DNA of 64,000 nucleotides, from assembly GCA_019417325.1 (NCBI GenBank), contig DXVO01000026.1, positions 11,826 to 75,825 of the forward strand. The letters are read 5' to 3'. The notes below the pieces were generated by a model. That model was not told the DNA's origin. It worked only from the letters and a program-made list of their open reading frames with translations, and did no database searches. Positions 20,588 through 31,869 of the stretch are shown here, piece after piece. Each line of letters opens with the position of its first letter. The stretch's first letter is position 1. Source of the stretch: Parabacteroides sp. (GTDB lineage: Bacteria > Bacteroidota > Bacteroidia > Bacteroidales > Tannerellaceae). Made by a program: the position numbers and the translations under genes.

Positions 20588-21701
20588 TGTTATTGTTGTT
20601 TTGATGAATGGGAATAGTTATCATAAACTCAGTAAAGTGACCTTTCTCACTTTTCACAATAATAGAACCCTGATGGTTCAATATCACCTCACGACAAAGA
20701 TACAGACCTACGCCGGCAGCTTCGGCTGTTGGCTTAGTTGTAAAGAACGGTTCAAAAATTTTCGCTTTAATACTATCTTCTATACCTATGCCATTATCAC
20801 GGATGGTCAGGACAAAAGTCCCATTCAACCTCTTTTCCAGTACCAGGTCTATTTGGGGCTGGAAAGCTTCTTTACGCGCCTTACGCATAAGTGCATAAAT
20901 GCTATTCTTCAATAGACTAAGCATAACTTTGTTCATCTGCTCAATGTCTATTTCCGCCATCAAAGGTTCGGATGGGCTATTTAAAAGAATCTGTATTTGC
21001 AGTTTTTCAATTTCTTCCTGATAAGATTTACGGATTACATCAATATTAACCCTGCAAAGGTCACATACATCGGTCAGAACTGTATTCCCATGGCGGTCCT
21101 TCAACAGTTCTTCCATAGCTTTCACGATACGAACCGTATTACAACCATGTTCATTAATTTTTTGCAGATTACCATTCAACAAATCAAGTATTTCAATACT
21201 ATCCTGAAAAATCTCTTTCGGCATGGTAGCCTGTTCACCCGAGATATTCTGCTTCAAATCTTTTATCAGATTAGAAGAAAGACTTGCAAAATTATTGATA
21301 TAATTGATTGGATTAAGAATGCGGTCCACCAGACCTTGGGTTAACTGCCCAACAGTTGCCAACTTCTCTTTACGGACCAGTTCATCCTGCGCTTTTGCCA
21401 ATGCATCAAGCGCCTCTGACAGTTTTTTTGATTCTTTCAATACCTGGTCACGCTGTATACGCAGTTCTATAGTCCGTTCTTCCACAATCTTAGCCAGATA
21501 TTCTTTCTGTTTCAGCTGTTTTTTCAAGCGACTCTTAAAAATCTGCAAGATAACAAGAGCAAGTATCAGAAATCCGGTTATCGCGTCCCAATTATAATAA
21601 AAACCTAAAATGATTGCTACAACATCCACAAGAAATGCCTTCTCAACAATCTGTTGCTTAAGCTTTAGTTTCGCTATATCTTTAATGTCAAAATCAGCCA
21701 T
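20580..21701 (-). CDS. Two-TM histidine-kinase-like protein lacking the phospho-His (pseudokinase)
   Basis: H-box reads QGLVDRILNPIN; HATPase boxes DNGIG, FFTTK and AAGVGL. Confidence 0.85.
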   Translation of the reverse strand: MADFDIKDIAKLKLKQQIVEKAFLVDVVAIILGFYYNWDAITGFLILALVILQIFKSRLKKQLKQKEYLAKIVEERTIELRIQRDQVLKESKKLSEALDALAKAQDELVRKEKLATVGQLTQGLVDRILNPINYINNFASLSSNLIKDLKQNISGEQATMPKEIFQDSIEILDLLNGNLQKINEHGCNTVRIVKAMEELLKDRHGNTVLTDVCDLCRVNIDVIRKSYQEEIEKLQIQILLNSPSEPLMAEIDIEQMNKVMLSLLKNSIYALMRKARKEAFQPQIDLVLEKRLNGTFVLTIRDNGIGIEDSIKAKIFEPFFTTKPTAEAAGVGLYLCREVILNHQGSIIVKSEKGHFTEFMITIPIHQNNNNNE

Positions 21702-21702
21702 T

Positions 21703-22113
21703 TCAGTTCATGTCTTTAATCATTGTCAATATATTCTTCCCATCCTGACGGATATAATGAACGTCAGTCATTAATTGTTTCACAAGAAAGATGCCTAATC
21801 CTCCAATAGGGCGTTCTTCTACTGAAAGGGTCAGATCCGGATCTTCTTTCTCTAACGGGTTAAAAGGAATGCCTGAATCAATAACTGTTATTTCCATACT
21901 CCCGCCATTCCAACCTATTTCCACAAAAATATCTTTATCTGTTTGTCCGGGATATGCATACGAAATCACATTGACAACAACTTCCTCAAGGACCAGTTGC
22001 AATTGCATCCGTAACGTTTCATCCAGTACTCTTCCTTGTATATTTTGTTCAAGAAATTCTGACAGAAGGGTAAGATTTCCCAACTCATTCTTTATATGTA
22101 GCGTGCTTGTCAT
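21703..22113 (-). CDS. Anti-sigma factor / Ser kinase (RsbW-like)
   Basis: LEEVVVNVISYAY, DSGIPFNP and GGLGIFLV motifs. Confidence 0.9.
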   Translation of the reverse strand: MTSTLHIKNELGNLTLLSEFLEQNIQGRVLDETLRMQLQLVLEEVVVNVISYAYPGQTDKDIFVEIGWNGGSMEITVIDSGIPFNPLEKEDPDLTLSVEERPIGGLGIFLVKQLMTDVHYIRQDGKNILTMIKDMN

Positions 22114-22133
22114 GTACCGGAGTTCCTGTTAAC

Positions 22134-22439
22134 TTAATTCTCTATTACTAGAAAAGAGGAGAAACCTGTAGTTTTGAGTAAATCCACAATTTCTTTCCGT
22201 ACATATTGAAGTACGAATGTCCCACCTTTTGCTTTTTGTCCTTTATATAAAGTCAACAATAGGCGTAATCCGGCACTGCTTATATAACTAAGTTCGGAAC
22301 AATCAAGTACAATATTTAAGAAAGGACTATTGATAGCATTCACCACCTCTTTTTCAAAATCGACAGAGGTAAGCGTATTTAATTGTCCGGAAAGTTTGAT
22401 ACTAATCCTATCCGTACCTGTTTCAACTGCTATTTTCAT
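22134..22439 (-). CDS. STAS anti-anti-sigma factor (RsbV-like)
   Basis: LDCSELSYISSAGLR phospho-Ser motif. Confidence 0.9.
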   Translation of the reverse strand: MKIAVETGTDRISIKLSGQLNTLTSVDFEKEVVNAINSPFLNIVLDCSELSYISSAGLRLLLTLYKGQKAKGGTFVLQYVRKEIVDLLKTTGFSSFLVIEN

Positions 22440-22464
22440 AAGTTATCGTTCATTATTGATTATC

Positions 22465-22534
22465 AAGTTGGACAAAAATAAAGAGAAACATCCAAGCGAA
22501 CAAGCTATTTGGAAGATTTATTTATGTCCAACTT
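22465..22534. repeat. 18-bp inverted repeat (17/18) overlapping the predicted STAS-operon promoter
   Basis: AAGTTGGACAAAAATAAA / TTTATTTATGTCCAACTT; TATTTTTG on the minus strand at 22473-22480. Confidence 0.75.
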
Positions 22535-22560
22535 CTTCTGATTGAAGCAATACCACCAAT

Positions 22561-22986
22561 CTATGACTGCTCTTTGGTACGAAAAGCAAGAGCATACATA
22601 CGCATCTGCTTCACCATAGCAACCAAACCATTTGAACGAGTGGGCGAAAGATGTTCCTTCAAGCCTATTTTTTCTATAAAATAAAGGTCTGTATCCAATA
22701 TTTCCTGCGGGGTATGATCACTTAAAATCCCGATAAGCAAAGACACAATACCTTTCACTATTACAGCATCACTCTCACCTTTAAAAATAATTTTTCCGTC
22801 TTCATAATCAGCCTGCAACCAAACACGGCTTTGGCAACCTTCAATCAGATTGCTTTCTGTCTTATACTTATCTTCCAACGGAGGAAGAGAATTCCCTAAA
22901 TCAATAAGCAATGCATACTTATCCATCCAATCATCGAAAGCAGAGAACTCTTCGATTACATTGTCCTGAAGTTCGTTAATTGTCAT
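22561..22986 (-). CDS. sufE: Cysteine desulfurase activator SufE
   Basis: IEGCQSRVW, SDAVIVKG and LSPTRSNG motifs. Confidence 0.95.
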   Translation of the reverse strand: MTINELQDNVIEEFSAFDDWMDKYALLIDLGNSLPPLEDKYKTESNLIEGCQSRVWLQADYEDGKIIFKGESDAVIVKGIVSLLIGILSDHTPQEILDTDLYFIEKIGLKEHLSPTRSNGLVAMVKQMRMYALAFRTKEQS

Positions 22987-22993
22987 CGTCTTT

Positions 22994-23995
22994 TTATTTT
23001 CTGTTATATACTACTTCCAGTACTGTTTGGCCTACGGCTTTCAGTACGTTTTTATCAATATTACTCATACCGTCATTTTGTGTGTGCCAATGGTCGCGGA
23101 AACCTTTTTCAGAATTCGGATCATAGTTGATGATATCCAGACAAGGGATACCGGTTTCTTCTATTACCGCTTCATGGTCATCAGTCACTCCACCTCCATC
23201 TGCATTAATGAAATATTTGCCATATCCCAAATTTCGTGCCGTTTCCCATACCTCATCTACATAACGGGCAGCATATTTCATAGATATATATTCTTTATAA
23301 AACAGGGCATCCTTAGCCCCTACCATATCTAACAAGATACCAAACTCAGCCCTGTAATTAGGAGTATGTGGATTCTTCCCCCAGAAGCGGCTACCAAGAC
23401 ACCAGGTATCACTGGTATTACTATATTTTTCTCTGGCAAATTCAGGAATTCCATAATCTTCTGCATCAAAGAAAATAATGTCAACTCCCACATTTGGAGC
23501 TTTCATTCCGATTTGGCGGGCAATCTCCAATAAAGCACCAACTCCACTGGCACCATCATCAGCTCCATCCAACGGTTTATGGTAATTAGCCGGATTCGGA
23601 TCGTGATCTGAATAAGGACGGGAATCCCAATGAGCAAACAACAATATCCGTTTTGAGTTATCCGGATTAAACGACCCTATAATATTCCGGGATTCCAATT
23701 TTGTTCCATCATAAGCAGTAAGTATCGCTTCCTGCTGATACACCTTGGCTCCAAAACGCCCAAGTTCCGATGCCAGAAAATCTCCACATGCTTTATGTGC
23801 CTCGGAATTTGGAACACGAGGGCCAAATTCCACCTGACGCGCCACATAAGCATATGCACTATCAGCATCAAACGCCGGAGTTGGCGATTCTACCTCTTTC
23901 TTAATTTCCGTATCGGCAGTCGTTCCTGCCGAAGAACTTTTCTGTCCACATGAACACATGGCAACACTAAGTGCTAATAGAATAAGTCTCGTCAT
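22994..23995 (-). CDS. M28-family lipoprotein, probable glutaminyl cyclase
   Basis: Lipobox MCS-C; AHWDSR, GADDGASG, FDAEDYG, LLDMVG, DDH and WHT motifs. Confidence 0.8.
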   Translation of the reverse strand: MTRLILLALSVAMCSCGQKSSSAGTTADTEIKKEVESPTPAFDADSAYAYVARQVEFGPRVPNSEAHKACGDFLASELGRFGAKVYQQEAILTAYDGTKLESRNIIGSFNPDNSKRILLFAHWDSRPYSDHDPNPANYHKPLDGADDGASGVGALLEIARQIGMKAPNVGVDIIFFDAEDYGIPEFAREKYSNTSDTWCLGSRFWGKNPHTPNYRAEFGILLDMVGAKDALFYKEYISMKYAARYVDEVWETARNLGYGKYFINADGGGVTDDHEAVIEETGIPCLDIINYDPNSEKGFRDHWHTQNDGMSNIDKNVLKAVGQTVLEVVYNRK

Positions 23996-24005
23996 TTTTT
24001 ATAGT

Positions 24006-25856
24006 TTATAACTGGTTAATTGTAGCTGCAGCCTGTACTTCACTCAATACACGTAGCAGATTGCCGCCCCATATTTTAGCAATATCTTCTTCTGTATATC
24101 CCTTCTCTATTAATTTAACAGTAATCTGAATGAAATCGTTGTCACCCTGGCAGCCTATTATGCCTCCACCTCCATCAAAATCCGATCCGATCCCCACATG
24201 ATCAATCCCTGCAACTTTCACCATATGGTCTATATGACGGATTGCATCTGACAAGCAAGCCTTTTTCTTATTCGGATTTAGATAAGCATCCAACAAACAA
24301 ACCTGTGCAACACCTCCATTCTTTGCCAATGCACGTAATTGATCGTCCGTCAAATTACGGTCATGATTACGCAAGGCCTTCGAAGAGGAATGAGAACAAA
24401 TAATAGGAGTTTTTGTCAATTTCAGTACATCATAAAAAGATTTTTCCGAGGCATGGGACATATCTATCATTACTCCCTGTCTGTTCATTTCTTTTACAAC
24501 TTCCGCTCCAAAGGGGCTTAATCCGTCCCATTCGTTATTCGTATGAGTGGACGAATCACAGATATCATTATCATAAGAATGGCAAAGTGTAATATAATTC
24601 ACTCCCATCTTTTTAAAACGGGCAATATTGGATAAGTCTTTTCCTATGCCATATCCATTCTCTATACCAATAAAAAATGTCTTTTTCCCTTCTTTTTTCA
24701 AACGGGCAAAATCTTCCGAAGTATAAGCGATACCACAAAGATCTTTATGCAATTCTGCCTGTTGATGAATGCCTTTAACCAAAGAAGTAACAGTAGCCAC
24801 AGCTTTATTTAAAGATGCTTCATCCCTTTTCCCCTGCCAAATAAATGCAGCCAGAAAGACACCATCCAGATAACCTTCTTCCATCTTCGGTAGGTTCACC
24901 CGGTTTTGTTCACGGTCAGCAATGCTGAATCCATCACGCTTAAACCAAAAAGGCGTATCAGTATGTGTATCGACAGAAAGAAAACGTTTATGCATTTCCT
25001 TCGCTTGATAAAAAACTTCGGCTTTTTCAACTAAAAAACGAAAAAGTTTCAACATGGTCGTATCACCAGCTGAAGTTAAACTTTCCGGATGCCATTGTAC
25101 GGCAAGAACAGGACGATCCGGCCAGGCTTCTATTCCCTCGATTACTCCGTCTGTGGAATATGCAACCGGAGTAAATCCCGGAGCCAGGTCTTTTATTCCC
25201 TGGTGGTGAAAAGAGTTTACGGATAATGTATCCTCTTCTAATATGTTTGCCAGCAGTGAGCCGGATTTGACTACAACTTTATGAGTCGGATTACTCCCCG
25301 GTAATTCCTGATAATGTTTAAGATGCTGTTCACGTTGGGAAGGAATATCCTGATAAAGCGTACCGCCGAAAGCAACATTAATTAATTGTTCTCCCCTACA
25401 AATCCCTAAAAGAGGTATATTCCTGTCCATTGCCAGTTTCAGTAATTTCAAATCATAAATATCACGGACAGAATCGACTTCCCCTAACTCTTTCCGATGC
25501 GTTTCCCTATACCATGCAGGGTCTATATCTTCTCCTCCTGTCATTATTATTCCATCCAAGTTGGAGACAATTGCACGCAATACCGCTCCATCCGTCGTAA
25601 CAGGGATAATTACAGGAATTCCACCTGCCATCTGTACAGCCTTTACATAAGTTCCGGAAATCCTTGAGCCTTCATTACTCAATCGGTTAGCTGATAAACC
25701 GATCAATGGAGAATGAGAAGAACGAAGATTTACTTCACAAGAGTCTGTCAGTTCATATAATTTCTTCACGTCCATTTGCTGTTGAGCAAAAACAGATGGC
25801 ATGATTCCCCAATAAATCAGAGAATATATGCAACAAATATAGATTAGTTTTTTCAT
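24006..25856 (-). CDS. Exported fusion: gamma-glutamyl hydrolase (peptidase C26) + membrane dipeptidase (M19)
   Basis: Probable start MKKLIY (25856) with signal peptide; GICRG, QWHPE, DTHTDTP, SHS and GSDFDG motifs. Confidence 0.88.
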   Translation of the reverse strand: MKKLIYICCIYSLIYWGIMPSVFAQQQMDVKKLYELTDSCEVNLRSSHSPLIGLSANRLSNEGSRISGTYVKAVQMAGGIPVIIPVTTDGAVLRAIVSNLDGIIMTGGEDIDPAWYRETHRKELGEVDSVRDIYDLKLLKLAMDRNIPLLGICRGEQLINVAFGGTLYQDIPSQREQHLKHYQELPGSNPTHKVVVKSGSLLANILEEDTLSVNSFHHQGIKDLAPGFTPVAYSTDGVIEGIEAWPDRPVLAVQWHPESLTSAGDTTMLKLFRFLVEKAEVFYQAKEMHKRFLSVDTHTDTPFWFKRDGFSIADREQNRVNLPKMEEGYLDGVFLAAFIWQGKRDEASLNKAVATVTSLVKGIHQQAELHKDLCGIAYTSEDFARLKKEGKKTFFIGIENGYGIGKDLSNIARFKKMGVNYITLCHSYDNDICDSSTHTNNEWDGLSPFGAEVVKEMNRQGVMIDMSHASEKSFYDVLKLTKTPIICSHSSSKALRNHDRNLTDDQLRALAKNGGVAQVCLLDAYLNPNKKKACLSDAIRHIDHMVKVAGIDHVGIGSDFDGGGGIIGCQGDNDFIQITVKLIEKGYTEEDIAKIWGGNLLRVLSEVQAAATINQL

Positions 25857-25872
25857 ATAAAAGTATTTTTTA

Positions 25873-27648
25873 TCATTCACATCCGGACTGGGCGATATTC
25901 ATTACGCGTAACAGATTGCCTCCCCATATTTTCTGTATATCATTCTCACTATATCCCTCTTTTAATAGCCGCATCGTAATATTAATCAATTCATTACTTG
26001 CACGGCAACCGATAAGTTCCCCATCCCCGTCAAAATCCGAACCGATTCCAACATGGTGAATACCAATCAAGTTAACGATATGATTGATATGGCGGATGGC
26101 ATCACTCACAGAAGCTTTTTCCGCATCCTCATTAATAAAGCCTTTGTATAAACAGACCTGAACGACACCGCCTTGAGCCGCTAATGCTTTCAATTGTTCA
26201 TCCGACAAATTCCGGGGATGATTACACAAAGCACGCGCCGATGAATGAGAAGCTATAATTGGATAACGGCTGGCCTCCAATGCATCATAGAATGTACTTT
26301 CAGCTGCATGTGAAATATCCACCAGCACTCCAACTTCATTCATCCGCTGAATTACTTCTTTTCCAAAAGGACTAAGACCACCCCATTCAACTTCGCCTCT
26401 TGCCGAATCACAAATATCATTATTACCATTATGGCAGAGAGTTATATAAGAAACTCCCATCTTCCTGAAGCGGTTAATATTCTCCAGGTCCTTTCCAATT
26501 GCATATCCATTTTCCACACCCACCATAATCGCTTTTTTACCAGCAGCTTTCAAAACATGAACCTCTTGGGGAGTATAGGCTATACACATACGAAGCCGGT
26601 TCAATTCCATCTGGCGGTGTATCTCTTGCAACCGGTTCATTGCAAATTCCGTAGCTTTCCGTAAAGAACTATCATCACGAGGGCCCTGCGGAATATATGC
26701 AACCATAATAGCAGCATCGACTAGCCCTTCCTCCATCAGCGGCAAGTTTACTTTTCCACCTTCTTTTTTTCCAATATTAAATTCACCGGGAAAAATCATC
26801 GGAGTATCCGTATGGGAATCCAATATTACATTTCTGTGATGAATACGTTTCGCTTCTTTAAACAGCCGTGCTGCCTCTACATGATAATTAAAAAGTTTCA
26901 ACATCTGCTCATCCCCATTTGAAGCCATAGCTTCGGGATGCCACTGGATACTGAAAATCTCTTTCTCCGGATGTTCCATTGCTTCATTGATGCCATCGGG
27001 TGCAAAAGCTGTTCCTATAAATTCAGAAGCTGGTTCCTTAATAGCCTGGTGATGGAAAGAATTAACCCAAAGAGTATCTTCCTCTTCCATCACGGAATAA
27101 AGTTTAGAACTCTTATCAGTGATACGCACAGAATGGGATGCTTGTTCACGGCTTTGTGCCTGACTATGTTTCAATAATTTACATTCATGTTGAGAGTATA
27201 TATCCTGATATACACTACCTCCGAATGCAACATTCAATATCTGATGCCCACGACATATCCCCATAACAGGAAGTTGCCTGTTGGTAGCCAAACGAAGCAA
27301 TATCAAATCAAACTCATCCCTGTAGGTGTCCACATCTTGCAATTCAGGACAAGGCTCTTCCTGCAAATAAAGCGGATTAATATCTCCGCCTCCACTCATC
27401 ACCAAACCATCCAAGCCATTAACTATCGCAGTTAGTGCCTCTATATCCGTAATTACAGGCACTAAGACAGGGGCACCCCCTGCTTGAAGGACAGACTGTA
27501 CATAGGTTTCCGCAATACAAGAAAGTCCGTCTTTCCGATTTGAGGATATTCCTATTCGAGGAGGTTGCCGGTTTTCTTTTGCTGGAATAAAATTATCAAC
27601 TTCCTTGAACAGGATCTTTAAATTCGGATGGCGGACTTGTATATTCAT
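25873..27648 (-). CDS. Cytoplasmic C26 + M19 fusion, paralogue of the downstream gene
   Basis: GICRG, QWHPE, DSHTDTP and GSDFDG motifs; no signal peptide; probable ATG at 27648. Confidence 0.88.
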   Translation of the reverse strand: MNIQVRHPNLKILFKEVDNFIPAKENRQPPRIGISSNRKDGLSCIAETYVQSVLQAGGAPVLVPVITDIEALTAIVNGLDGLVMSGGGDINPLYLQEEPCPELQDVDTYRDEFDLILLRLATNRQLPVMGICRGHQILNVAFGGSVYQDIYSQHECKLLKHSQAQSREQASHSVRITDKSSKLYSVMEEEDTLWVNSFHHQAIKEPASEFIGTAFAPDGINEAMEHPEKEIFSIQWHPEAMASNGDEQMLKLFNYHVEAARLFKEAKRIHHRNVILDSHTDTPMIFPGEFNIGKKEGGKVNLPLMEEGLVDAAIMVAYIPQGPRDDSSLRKATEFAMNRLQEIHRQMELNRLRMCIAYTPQEVHVLKAAGKKAIMVGVENGYAIGKDLENINRFRKMGVSYITLCHNGNNDICDSARGEVEWGGLSPFGKEVIQRMNEVGVLVDISHAAESTFYDALEASRYPIIASHSSARALCNHPRNLSDEQLKALAAQGGVVQVCLYKGFINEDAEKASVSDAIRHINHIVNLIGIHHVGIGSDFDGDGELIGCRASNELINITMRLLKEGYSENDIQKIWGGNLLRVMNIAQSGCE

Positions 27649-27686
27649 AGCCTTAAATTTGAACAATGAATAAATAAAATATATGT

Positions 27687-27716
27687 AAAAAAACTGCCAG
27701 CCGGAAGGACTGGCAG
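27687..27716 (-). terminator. Terminator after gyrB
   Basis: Minus strand CTGCCAGTC-CTTCC-GGCTGGCAG-T7. Confidence 0.8.
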
Positions 27717-27724
27717 CAAACTAT

Positions 27725-29695
<1,971 letters not shown>

Positions 29696-29844
29696 TTAAT
29701 TCTGTTTTTATCTATTTCTGCCAAAAAGCTAACAAATATAGTGAAAATAATCGACTTAGATCACATAAGAAACGTAAAAAATAGCCAACACAAACAGGTA
29801 CAACAAAAAAGAGATAAAGTTTAAAACCTTATCTCTTACTTACG

Positions 29845-29916
29845 TAGCCCATAGGGGAATCGAACCCCTCTTTCAAGAATGAAAATCTTGCGTCCTAACC
29901 GATAGACGAATGGGCC
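29845..29916 (-). tRNA. tRNA-Glu(TTC)
   Basis: GGCCCAT/ATGGGCT acceptor stem, CAAGA-TTTTCAT-TCTTG anticodon arm, GGTTCGATTCC. Confidence 0.96.
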
Positions 29917-29924
29917 ATCAGGTT

Positions 29925-29952
29925 AAAAAAAGCCGGGCTTAAGTCCGGCTTT
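29925..29952 (-). terminator. Terminator-like hairpin between rpsT and the downstream tRNA-Glu
   Basis: Minus strand AGCCGGAC-TTAA-GCCCGGCT followed by a T tract. Confidence 0.7.
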
Positions 29953-29981
29953 ATACTATATACAGTATTACACCGTTTGTC

Positions 29982-30236
29982 TTACGCAAGATTATTTACG
30001 TGCTTTGCCATTTTGGATTTCAAGTTGCCAGCCTTATTCTTGTGAATAACGTTTTTCTTAGCAAGCTTATCCAACATAGAGCACACCTTCGGGAATAAAG
30101 CCTGAGCCTCATTCTTGTCTTCAGTAGCGCGCAAAACTCGCATTGCATTTCTTGCAGTCTTTGCATAATATCTATTATGCAGACGTTTTGCGTTAGTCTG
30201 TCTGATTCTCTTAATTGATGACTTGTGATTTGCCAT
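29982..30236 (-). CDS. rpsT: 30S ribosomal protein S20
   Basis: [13 protein letters not shown]...[11 protein letters not shown]. Confidence 0.98.
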   Translation of the reverse strand: MANHKSSIKRIRQTNAKRLHNRYYAKTARNAMRVLRATEDKNEAQALFPKVCSMLDKLAKKNVIHKNKAGNLKSKMAKHVNNLA

Positions 30237-30279
30237 TTTTTAGATATTCTCTTTATTTATTCTTTAATCCTGTTTATTG

Positions 30280-30351
30280 TAGCCCATAGGGGAATCGAAC
30301 CCCTCTTTCAAGAATGAAAATCTTGCGTCCTAACCGATAGACGAATGGGCC
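30280..30351 (-). tRNA. tRNA-Glu(TTC), identical second copy
   Basis: Same 72-nt sequence as 29845-29916. Confidence 0.96.
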
Positions 30352-30482
30352 ATCATGTCAAAGCTCTCACTTTAAGCACTTTCAGAAAACGTTTTCCTGA
30401 TTGCGAGTGCAAAGATAGACCTTCTTTATAAACTACCAAAACATTCTAAAGGAAATTTTAATAGAGAATCTCATTTTAACTT

Positions 30483-30878
30483 CTATTTAGAACCCATATC
30501 CTGCAAATGAATTTCCAAAGCTTTAACGGAAATATTTATTTCCCAGATACATACACACAAGGAAGCTGCTAAAAGCAACAATCCGACACCAAATACCCAA
30601 GCTGCAATAATTTGCCAGGATACATAGATAAAGAACATGGATACCACACAAAACAACAAACTGAGCAATCCCAAAATCTGCATGGAACGGGTTAAATACA
30701 ATCGTTTCCGAAGGTTATCTATTTGTGCCATATCCTTTGGATCATGTGTCTGCTTATGCTTTTCTTTTAATGTCCTGACAAGGCTTGCATAGGAAATAAA
30801 CCGATTGGTATAAGCCAACAATATCAGTGATACTGCCGAAAACAGCAGCGACGGGGTGGTAAGAGTAAGCTCCTGCAT
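30483..30878 (-). CDS. DUF2721-like small membrane protein
   Basis: Probable start MQELTLTTPSLLFSAVSLILLAYTNRF; 3 TMs. Confidence 0.75.
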   Translation of the reverse strand: MQELTLTTPSLLFSAVSLILLAYTNRFISYASLVRTLKEKHKQTHDPKDMAQIDNLRKRLYLTRSMQILGLLSLLFCVVSMFFIYVSWQIIAAWVFGVGLLLLAASLCVCIWEINISVKALEIHLQDMGSK

Positions 30879-30986
30879 AAATTTAATATGTATAGATAAT
30901 TTATATTCAACAATACAACGACAAAGATAAAACAGAAACAAATATTTCCCGCATTATGTTATCTTTGTTTTCAAATTACCAATGAC

Positions 30987-31712
30987 ATGTTATGTAAAAC
31001 GCGCGGGATAGTCTTACACGCTATTCCATACAACGATAAATATTCTATTATATATATGTACACGGAAGCTTTTGGAAGAGCTTCTTATCTGGTTACGCGC
31101 AGCCGGGGAAAAAAATCAACAGTGTCTAAAGCTTTATTTATGCCGCTATCTGTTGTCGAAATGGAAGTGGAACATCTTAACAAACGGGATTTACACCGTA
31201 TTCGTGAAACCAGATCGTGTTATCCGCTAAACGAACTGTTTTGCAATCCGGTCAAAAACGTACTGGCTCTTTTCCTTGCTGAAATTCTTTTCCGTGTAAT
31301 CAAAGAAACCGAGCCTGACCCTCGTCTATTTGAATTTCTGTATGAATCAATCCGCCTATTAGAAGTCACAGACAAAGGAGTATCCAACTTCCATTTAGTT
31401 TTCTTACTGCATCTATTACACTATATGGGTATTTACCCGAATTCCGAGTCATATACTTCCGGAGCCTTTTTTGATCTATTGAATGGGACATTCGTAAACT
31501 GTACACCTATGCACCGTCATTATCTGAATCCCACAGAAAGTATTTTCTTTGCCCGTTTACTGAAAATAAGTTTTGAAAACATGTCCTTATACTCATTTTC
31601 CCGCCAAGACAGAGTAAACATAATCAATCGCCTGCTTGAATATTACCGCCTGCACCTTCCCGACTTCCCTGAGATAAAATCTCTTGCAGTCATGCAAAGC
31701 CTGTTTGATTAA
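30987..31712 (+). CDS. recO: DNA repair protein RecO
   Basis: RGIVLHAIPYND...YTEAFGR N-terminal OB fold; Bacteroidales RecO-like C-terminus. Confidence 0.9.
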   Translation: MLCKTRGIVLHAIPYNDKYSIIYMYTEAFGRASYLVTRSRGKKSTVSKALFMPLSVVEMEVEHLNKRDLHRIRETRSCYPLNELFCNPVKNVLALFLAEILFRVIKETEPDPRLFEFLYESIRLLEVTDKGVSNFHLVFLLHLLHYMGIYPNSESYTSGAFFDLLNGTFVNCTPMHRHYLNPTESIFFARLLKISFENMSLYSFSRQDRVNIINRLLEYYRLHLPDFPEIKSLAVMQSLFD

Positions 31713-31796
31713 AAACGGCTTTCCATAGATTAAAACCCGAATACTTGCCAGTTTGCGAAAAAGATTATACTTTTGCCGCACTTTAAGGAAAAAGTT

Positions 31797-31868
31797 GCCC
31801 CTGTAGTTCAACGGATAGAATAGATGTTTCCTAAACATTAGATAGCAGTTCGATTCTGCTCGGGGGTA
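31797..31868 (+). tRNA. tRNA-Arg(CCT)
   Basis: GCCCCTG/CGGGGGT acceptor stem, GATGT-TTCCTAA-ACATT anticodon arm, GTTCGATTC. Confidence 0.95.
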
Positions 31869-31869
31869 C

